NCBI RefSeq assembly: GCF_009914755.1
Contig: NC_060928.1
DNA length: 64,000 nt
Strand: one strand, 5' to 3'
Origin: the human T2T-CHM13v2.0 reference genome, Homo sapiens
Below the pieces are notes generated by a model, which saw only the letters and a list, made by a program, of their open reading frames with translations, was not told the origin of the DNA and searched no databases. Below, piece after piece: positions 55,413 to 64,000 of the stretch. The number at the start of each line of letters is the position of its first letter. The first letter of the stretch is position 1. The position numbers were made by a program, and so were the translations under genes.

Positions 55413-58400
55413 ATGCTCTCTATTGTTTTGTGTGAAGTTCTTTCTATACAGAGTTTGTTGAGAGTTTTTAATTATGAAGCAATGGGGACTTTTACCAAAT
55501 GCTTTTTCTGCATCTATTAAGATGAGTATAAGGTTTTTTCCTTTACTCTTTCGATGCAGTGTATGATATTTACTGTTTTGCTTATGTTGAACCAACCATG
55601 CATCCCTGAGATAAATCCCACTTGATCATGGTGTATTATCTTTTTGATCTGTTGTTAGATTTGGTTTGCTAGTATATTTTAAAGGATGTTTGCATTTATG
55701 GTCATCAGGGATGTTGGCCTATAGTGTTTTCAATTTTTGTTTTATCTTTGTCTGATTTTGGCTTGTGGGTAATACTTGCATGATAGAATGAATCAGGAAG
55801 AATTCCTTCCTCTTGAAATTTTTTAAATAGTTTGAGAAGAACTGATATTAGTTCTTCTTTAAAGGTTTAGTGGAATTCAGCAGCAAAGCCATTCAGTGCT
55901 GGGCTTTTCTTTGTTGAGAGGCTTTTTATTACAGATTTAATCCTACTAGTTACTACTGGTCTGTTTAAGTTTTCTATTTCTTGGTGGTTCAATATTAGTA
56001 GGTTATATTCCAGGAATTTACCCATTTCCTCTAGGTTTTCCAATTCATTTGTGTATAGATATTCATAAGAGTCTCTAGTGATCATTTGTATCTCTGTAGT
56101 ATTAGATCTAATGTCTTTTTTGTTTCTGATTTTAGTTGTTTGGGGATTATCTGTTTTTTTCTTAATCTAGCTAATAGTTAATTTCATTTTCTTTTCAAAA
56201 ACCCATCTTTTCATTTTGTGGATCTTTTTTTTATTTTGGAGACTCTATTTCATTTAGTTCTTCTCCACTCTTTATTATTTATTTTCTTCTGCTAATTTTA
56301 GGTTTGGTTTCTTCTTGCTTTTCTAGTTCCTTGATGTGCATAGTTAAGTTGTTTATTTGGAGTCTTTCTACTGTTTTGATGTAGGCATTTATTGTTCCAA
56401 ACTTACCTCTTAGTACTGCTTTTGCTGCATCCCATAAATTTTAATATGTTTTGTTTCCATTTTTCATTTGTTTCATGAAATTTTTAAATTTTCTTTTTAA
56501 TTTTTTCATTGACCCAATGTTCATTCAGGAGCATGTTATGTAGTTTCCATGTATTAGTACAGTTTCCAATGTTCTTCTTATTACCAATTTCTAGTTATTC
56601 CCTTGTGGTCAGAAAAAGTACTTGACATAATTTCTACTTTTTTTATTTGTTGAGACTAGTTGTATGGCTCAACATGTGGTCTATGCTGGAGAATGTTTCA
56701 TATGCTGATGAGAATGCGTATTCTGCAGCTTTTGGATAAAATGTTCTGCAAATGTCTGTTAGTTCTATTTGGCCTACAGTGTAGTTTAAGTTTTTTTTTT
56801 TTTTTTTTAAATTTGTCTAAATAATATGTCCAATGCTGAAAGTGGGGTGTTAAAGTTGCCACTTTTTTGTGATCTATCTCTCCCTTTATCTCTAATGATA
56901 TTTGCTTTAGATACCTGGGCACTTTACCATTTGGTGCATACATATTTCTAATTGTTAGAAATTGCTGAATATATTCCTTTATCATTATATAATGACCTTA
57001 TTTGCATCTTTTAAAAATGATTTTTAACTTAAAGTCTACTTTGTATGATATAAGCATAGGTACTTCTGTATGCTTTTGTTTTCCATTTGCATGGATTATC
57101 TTTTCCCACCCTTCACTTTCAGGCTATGTGTGCTTTTAGAGTGAAGTGAGTTTCTGTAGGCAGCATACAGTTCAGTCTTGTCTTTTTAAAATTTATTTAA
57201 ATAGTCTAAATCTTTCAATTGAGAAATTTAAACTGTTTACATTCTAGGTTGTTATTGATAGATAAGAAGATACTCCTGTCATTTTGTAAATTGTTTTCTG
57301 ATTATTTTGCATATCTTTTCTTCCTTTCTTCTCTTATTGCTTATCTTTGTGACTTGGTGGCATTCTGTAGTGATAACATTTGATTCCTTTCTCTTTCTCA
57401 TTTGTGCATCTGCTCTTTTGTGAGTTACACACTTCAGTGTATTTTCCTGATGGTTAATATTATCCTGCTGCATCCAGGTATAGGACTCCCTTAAGCATTT
57501 ATTTTAAGGCCGGTCCATTTTTTGACAAATCTCCATTTTGTTTGTTTGGGAAAGACTTATTTTTTTTTTTTTAATTTCTGAAGTATAGCTTTGCTGGAAA
57601 TAGTATTCTTGACTGATAGTTTTGTTGTTTCAGAGTTTGAACATATCATTCCATTCTCTCCTGACCTGTGAGTTTTTGGCTGAGAAATCTGCTGTTAGTC
57701 TTATGGGAATTCCATGTGACTTCACACTTTATCTATTTTTAGAAGTCTTTCTTTGCCTTTGACTTTGGATGGTTTGACTAAAATGTGCCTTGGGGAGGAT
57801 ACTTTTTGTTGTAGGATCTATAATATTTGGGGATCTTTGAGCTTTCTTTATCTGGATGTCAATATTTTTTGTAGAACTTGGGAAGTTTTTAGTTATTATT
57901 TAATTGAATAGATTTTCTATGCCTCTTTTTCATCTTTTCTCCTTCTGGAGCTCCCAAAAATCATATATTTGTTTGTTTGATGTTATTCCATATGACATGT
58001 AGGCTTTCTTCCTTCTTTCTTATTCTTTTTTCCTATTTTTTGTCTGACTGTGTTATTTCAAAAGAATATATTTATATATTCAAGTTCAGGAATTCTTTCT
58101 TCTACTTGGTTTAGTATATTATTAAAGGTCTTGATTTTTTAAAAAATAATTCATTGAATTCTCTAGTTCCAGAATGTGTGTTTGGTTCTTTTAAATGATA
58201 TCTATATTTCTGTTGAGTTATTCCTCAGATGATGAATTTTTTTTCTTATTTATTTGTATTATTTATCTGTGATTTTCTGTATCTCACTAGTTTCCTTAAG
58301 GTTATTATTTTGAGTTCCTTTTCAGGTGTCCTACATATTTTCTTTTCTTGGGACCTGTTACTAAAGAGCTATTGTGATCCTTTGGAGTTGTCTTGTTTCC

Positions 58401-59320
58401 TTGTTTTTTCATGTTTCTTGTATTCTAATGTTGATGTCTGTACATCTGATGTAGCTGTCCCTTCTTCTAGTTTTATGGAGTAGTTTCCATATGAAAAGTG
58501 TTGTTCCTGTATCCATTCTGTTAGTTGGGTAGGGTGCTTTGGTTTCGATTCTAGATGAACATTTCAGTGTAGTCTCTATATGATTACTTCTGCTATAATC
58601 AATGTCATTGGTGTCTGCAAGTTACTAAGTGGCTTAGGCTGTGACTGCTTTTGGAGGCTGTAATGAGGGTTTGCTGGGGATTGGGGAATGTAGCAGGATA
58701 GTCCTCAGGCACCAAGGTGATGTGAAGGGGGCATCAGCACTGGTGACTTCTTGCCCTGGATGGGCCAGTCTTTAGGTCCTAGTGGGGTCCATGGGTACCA
58801 GTGGTGGCAATGGCAGATCAGTCTTCAGCCACCTAAGAAGGTCACATGAGTGCCAATTGTGTCCACAGTAGGGGAGGCATCCTAGTCCCTAGGCCTCTGA
58901 ATGGGGCACATGGCATTAGCAGTGTTCACAGTGGGGTGAATGGGCCAGTTCCTAGAACTCTAAATGGGGTGCGTGGATGCTAGAGGTGTTCACAATGAGG
59001 CAGATGTGCCATTTCATTGGCACATGGCATGGATAGCCTGGTACCAGTGGTGTCTGCAGTGGTATGTGTGAGTGGGTCTCCAGGCCTCTGGGTGGGGCAA
59101 ACGAGTCCTGATGGTGTCCGTGGTGTCTCTTAGACTTTTAAGATAAGCTTGTGGGCTAGTCAACTTGGAGAATGGAAATGACAAAGTTTAGTAGTTTTAG
59201 GACTATTTCTTGCACTTTGAATTATGTAAGAAAAGGGAAATATAAGCATATTTAGATTACTATGTGTTCACATTGAGTATAACCCATATAATGACCCAGA
59301 TAAACATAAACTGATATTTA

Positions 59321-59368
<48 letters not shown>
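59321..59368. repeat. (TATC)12 / GATA tetranucleotide STR
   Basis: 12 perfect units counted. Confidence 0.97.
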
Positions 59369-59371
<3 letters not shown>

Positions 59372-60199
59372 TGTGTATATATATATAAATTTAATTCACT
59401 GGTGGAATCAGTGGGAATATCTCTCAGTGTCTTGCTGATGATTTTAACCTACAATGACATTTCCCCCTCTGGTATGAACATATAATATTCAGGTTGGGTT
59501 ATGTTGGTAATCTCTGTGAATATTATAGTGTTATTAATTTTACACCTTTATTTATTATATGGCCTAATATCATGATACAGAGAACCACTGTTGACAAATA
59601 ACCCAATACCAAATATGAAAAATAAAATTGATATGCAAAATTACCATTGCTGGTTCCATCTAAACAAATTTATTTCTTTTGAAATTATTGTTATGAGTTA
59701 TATAATTAATAAAAAGGTGAGTTACTATTTTGATTTATAAGCATCCTATTCTTAAAGCTGATTACAATAATCATGCAGAAATGGAAACAGATGCTTAGAA
59801 TTTAGCATTATTTCCTAATTTACTCTATGATTTATTATAATCTCCTAACTATTCCACACAGCTAGTGAATAGGATGACTTTCTAGAGAAAATGGCTTTAT
59901 TTAAGACCTAGTATTGGAAAATATATTTATTTCAACAACAATGGTTAGACATTTACATAAAAGGCAGCTTCTGGGTTCTTATGTCATTTAAGAGATAAAG
60001 AGAACTGGATAGTATTTCTCCCTCCTTCACAATAAGAAAAAACAGTTTTTTAAAACATCTTAAAAATTGATTACTTTTACCATAAGACAATGAATGTTGT
60101 AGGGCAAAAAAAGTAAATCCAGAGTGACAAATGTGCTCTAAGGAAGGAACAAGATCCAGGAATTTGTTTACCTGAGGCATAAGATGCTGAATGTCATTT

Positions 60200-63100
60200 G
60201 AGTTGATATGCGGAGTCAATTAGAAGTTTTTCACTAATTACTAATGTCTGAGTGTAGTTAAGCATGAAAATTGGAAGCCACAACAAGACACTGGCAAATG
60301 TTAGGTTTGCACCCTCTTACAAGATTTTCCTCTAGCAACCACACCAGGTACTCACAGGGAATACTGTTGAGAATACTGAGAAAGCCTCCCTCATGGTGCT
60401 GGCTGGGCAGTGAGTGACACTGCCCAGCCCAGTGTCAGTCTCATCTTCGGCCTAGTCTCATCTTCTCCACCTCTGCTAATGAAAACAAGCCCTCACAGGC
60501 AAAGCAGAAGTCATCAAAACCTGTGGCCTGAGGGCACATATGGAAATCCCCAGCAACTCTGGGAAGAAAACAAGAAGAAAATATTACTTCTTAGGGAAGT
60601 GGAGAATATTTAGCCCATTATTTTGTCTGGAGGTGGGGCAGGGATATCTATGAAGGCTTTAACCTGGTACTCATTTTTGTAGTACCTGCCTAGGACTACA
60701 ACTCAAAGAAAACTTCAGAGAATGACTCCCCCTCATTTCCTCCCAAACAAAATACTTTCAAGATACCTGTGAAAATAACAATGGGATATAGCTGGAAGAG
60801 CAGCAAGAGAGAAATAATCCTTTCTTGTGAGCAGCACAAAGTGGAGATCTAAAGTCAGTGGGGGAACAAAGTCCGTCAGGAAACATTTATACAGAAAAAA
60901 GCCTTTGGTAAATTAGTCAATGCTATGAACATAGGTTATCACTAGAGGAAGTTGAAGGTTTTGGTGTGCTGAGGTAACAACACCAACAACAAGTGTCGAC
61001 CCATTTCAACTCTCAACTAGATTAAGCATAAAAAATAAGGCCTAGCAACAGGTAAGGTATATTCATTTTCAAGCATAAAAAAGCATAAGTCCGTAGTATC
61101 TACTGTCCTATACAACAGGACTACCTTTTAAAAACAAAGCCTGCAGAGAAAACATAATCATCAAAACCAGTCTCAAATATTATACATATGTTAAGACTAC
61201 AATAATTAAAAATAACTATAATTAATATTTTAAAGGCTAATGGAAAATGTAGAAAATATGGAAGATTAGATAGAAATTTAGCAGAGAGATTGAAACTATA
61301 AGAAAAAAATTGAACTACTAGAAATTGGAAATATCATAACAGATATAAAGAAGCCCATCTTTGACAGTCTCGGTAGTATGGGCAAACTTTGGAGATATTG
61401 TAGGTTCAGTTCCAGACCACTACAATAAAGTGAATATTGCAATAAAGTTAGTAACTTTTTTTTGTTTCCCAGTGCATATAAATGTTATATTTACACTATA
61501 CTGTAGTGTATTAATTATGCAATAGCATATGTCTAAAAGGGACACTGTACATACTTTAATTTGAAAATACTTTATTGCTAAAAATATACTACTGATCTTT
61601 TGAGTCTTAAGCAAGTCATAATCTTTTTGCTAATGGAGGGTCTTGCCTCAATGTTGATGGCTGCTGACAGAATAGGGTGGTAGTTACTGAAGGTTGGGGT
61701 GGCTGTGGCAATTTGTTAAAAAACAAGACAACAATAAACTTTGCCACATTGATTTACTCTTGATTTCATGAAAGATTTCTCTGTAGTGCATGATGCTGTT
61801 TGATAACATTTTACCCAGAATAGAACTTCTTTCCAACCTGGAGTCAATCATCTCAAATCCTGCTGCTGCTTTATCAATTAAGTTTATGCAATATTCTAAA
61901 TTATTCCTTGTCATTTCAATAATGTTCACAGCATCTTCACAGGGAAAAGATTTCATCTCAAGAAATCACTTTCTTTGTTCATCCAGAAGAAGAAATTCCT
62001 TATCCGTTCAAGGTTTATTATGAGATTTAATCAATTCAATCACATCTTCAGGCTCCACTTCTAATTCTTGTTATCTTGCTATTTCCACCACATCTGTAGT
62101 TACTTCTTCCACTGAAGTCTTAGACTCTTTAACGTCACCCATGAAGGTTGGAATCAACTTCTAAACTCTGGTTAGCATTGATATTTTGACAAATGTTCTT
62201 AATGACATCTAAAATGCTGAATCTTTTCTAGAAGATTTTCAATTGACTTTGAAAGAAATACATTTCATAAGGCTAAAGCCATCCATTGTGATCAGAGGAA
62301 TCACAATGGATGGCTGTAGCCTTATGAAATGTATTTCTTACATAACAGGAATTGAAAGTCAAAATTCCTCATTGATCCTTGGGCTGCAGAGTGGATACTG
62401 TGTTAACAGGCTAAAAAACAAAATTAATCTTGTACATGTCCATCACAGCTCTTGGGGGACTAAGTGCGTTGTCAATGAACACTAATATTTTGATGGAATT
62501 TTTTTTTCTGAGCAGTAGGTTTCAACAGTGGGCTTGAAATATTAAGTAAAACATGCTATAAATAGAAGTACTGTCATCCATGTTGTTTTGTTCCTTTGAT
62601 AGAGCACAGACAGAGTAGATTTAGTATCTATAAGGGTCCTAGGATTTTCAGAATAGTAAATGAGCACTGGATTCAACTTAAGATAAGTAGGTATGTTAGT
62701 TCCTATCAAGTAACTCATCCTATCCTTGAAAGGTTTAAGCCAGGCATTGCCATCTCTTCTCGTGTTTTGAAGTTTTAGATGGCATCCTTTTCTAATACAA
62801 GGGATTTTGTCTACATTAAAAATCTGTTGTTTACTGTAGCCACCTTCATCAGTGATCTTAGCTAAATATTCTGGGTAACTTGCTGTAGATTCTGCATCAG
62901 TACTTGATGCTTCACCTTGTCTTTTCATGTTATGGAAATGGCTTCTTTCTTTGAATCTCACGAATAAACCTTTGCTAGCTTCAAACTGTTCTTCTCCATC
63001 TTCCTCACCTCTCTCAGCCTTCACAGAATTGAAAAGAGTTAGGGTCTTCTTCTGGATTTGGCTTTGGCTTAAGGGAATGTTGTGGCTGTTTAGATCTATC

Positions 63101-64000
63101 CAGATGATAAAAATATTCTCCATGTCAGCAATAATGCTGCTGGTTTTCTTATTACTTATGTGTTATTTGGAGCAGCACTTTAATTTTCGTCAAGAACCTT
63201 TCCTTTGAATTCACAATTTGGCTATGTGTTTGGTGCAAAAGGCCTAGCTTTTGGTTGATCTTGGCTTTCATCATGCCTTTCTTATTTAGCTTAATCATTT
63301 CTAGCTTTCGATTTAAAGTGAGAGACATGTAGGTCTTCCTTTTACCCTCACACTCAGAGACCATTATAGGGTTAGTAATTGGCCTCATTTCAATATTGTG
63401 TCTCAGGCAATAGGGAAGCTTGAAGAGAGGAAGAGAGACAGGGAAATGGCTGCTTGGTGGAGTAGTTAGAACACACATTTACCAGTTAAGTTTACCATCT
63501 AATATGGGCTCAGTTTGTAGTGCCCCAAAACAATCACAACAGTTACATGAAAGATCACTGATCACAGGTTGCCATAACAGATATAATAATAATGAAAAGG
63601 TTTGAAATATTGCAAGAATTACAAAAATGTGACACAGAGATTTGAACTGAGCACATACTTTTGGAAAAATGATGCTGATAGACTTGCTCAATAGATGGTT
63701 ATCACAAATCTTCTATTTGTAAAAAATGAAATATTGGCAAAGTTTAAGAAAGCAAAGCCTAATAAAATGAGATATTCCTGTAAAATCAACCCAGCCTGAG
63801 GAAAATAATCAGTGGATTTCTAGATTGGTCAATAGAGATTGCCACAAATAAAATGTAAAGAGATAAAAGAGTGGGAAAAAAGAGAGCAGAGTAACAAAAA
63901 GCTATGAGGCAATATCATCTGGTCTAACACATGTGTAATTAGAATATCAAAGGGAGAAGAAATAATGAGCAGAAGAAATTTTTTAAAAATGTGCCTAAGA
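60200..64000 (+). mobile_element. Old L1M 5' region/ORF1 interrupted by Tigger1
   Basis: ORF1-like A-rich sequence on both sides of Tigger1 (gcagagagattgaaactataag; atgtgtaattagaatatcaaagggagaaga). Confidence 0.6.
61379..63780 (-). mobile_element. Full-length Tigger1 DNA transposon (~2.4 kb), transposase frameshifted
   Basis: TA-flanked ends (ggagatattgtaggttcagttccagaccac ... aataaaatgagatattcctg); ORFs 63152..63478, 62542..63123 (FEASKGLFVRFK, QIFNVD) and 61684..61956 are Tigger1 transposase pieces. Confidence 0.95.

Noticed and set aside
58600-59130. GC-richer segment as a CpG-island promoter
   Set aside because: Almost no CpGs; consistent with a decayed L1 5' region

Overview
64 kb of AT-rich, CpG-depleted primate DNA, probably human or great ape (AluY, L1PA2-type L1, THE1). 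It is intergenic or deep-intronic and made mostly of transposable-element remnants. No cellular protein-coding exon, RNA gene or CRISPR array can be supported; the recognisable ORFs are TE relics (L1 ORF2, Tigger/mariner/Merlin transposase, ERV pol/env). Subfamily names come from my recall of consensus sequences and need RepeatMasker/Dfam confirmation. Highlights: (1) a 515-bp, ~97%-identical inverted repeat (22240-22754 / 23311-23826) apparently made by local template switching into an MLT2 LTR; (2) a near-complete Merlin/IS1016-type DNA transposon (~40456-41477) nested in an MLT2 LTR inside an old L1; (3) a 158-nt fold-back hairpin (44316-44473); (4) a probable ancient L1 3' transduction of a Tigger fragment (33873-34243); (5) a MER68-like provirus with a gamma-type env relic; (6) two twin-primed 5'-inverted L1PA insertions and several short templated duplications. 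I found no evidence of a new functional gene system.
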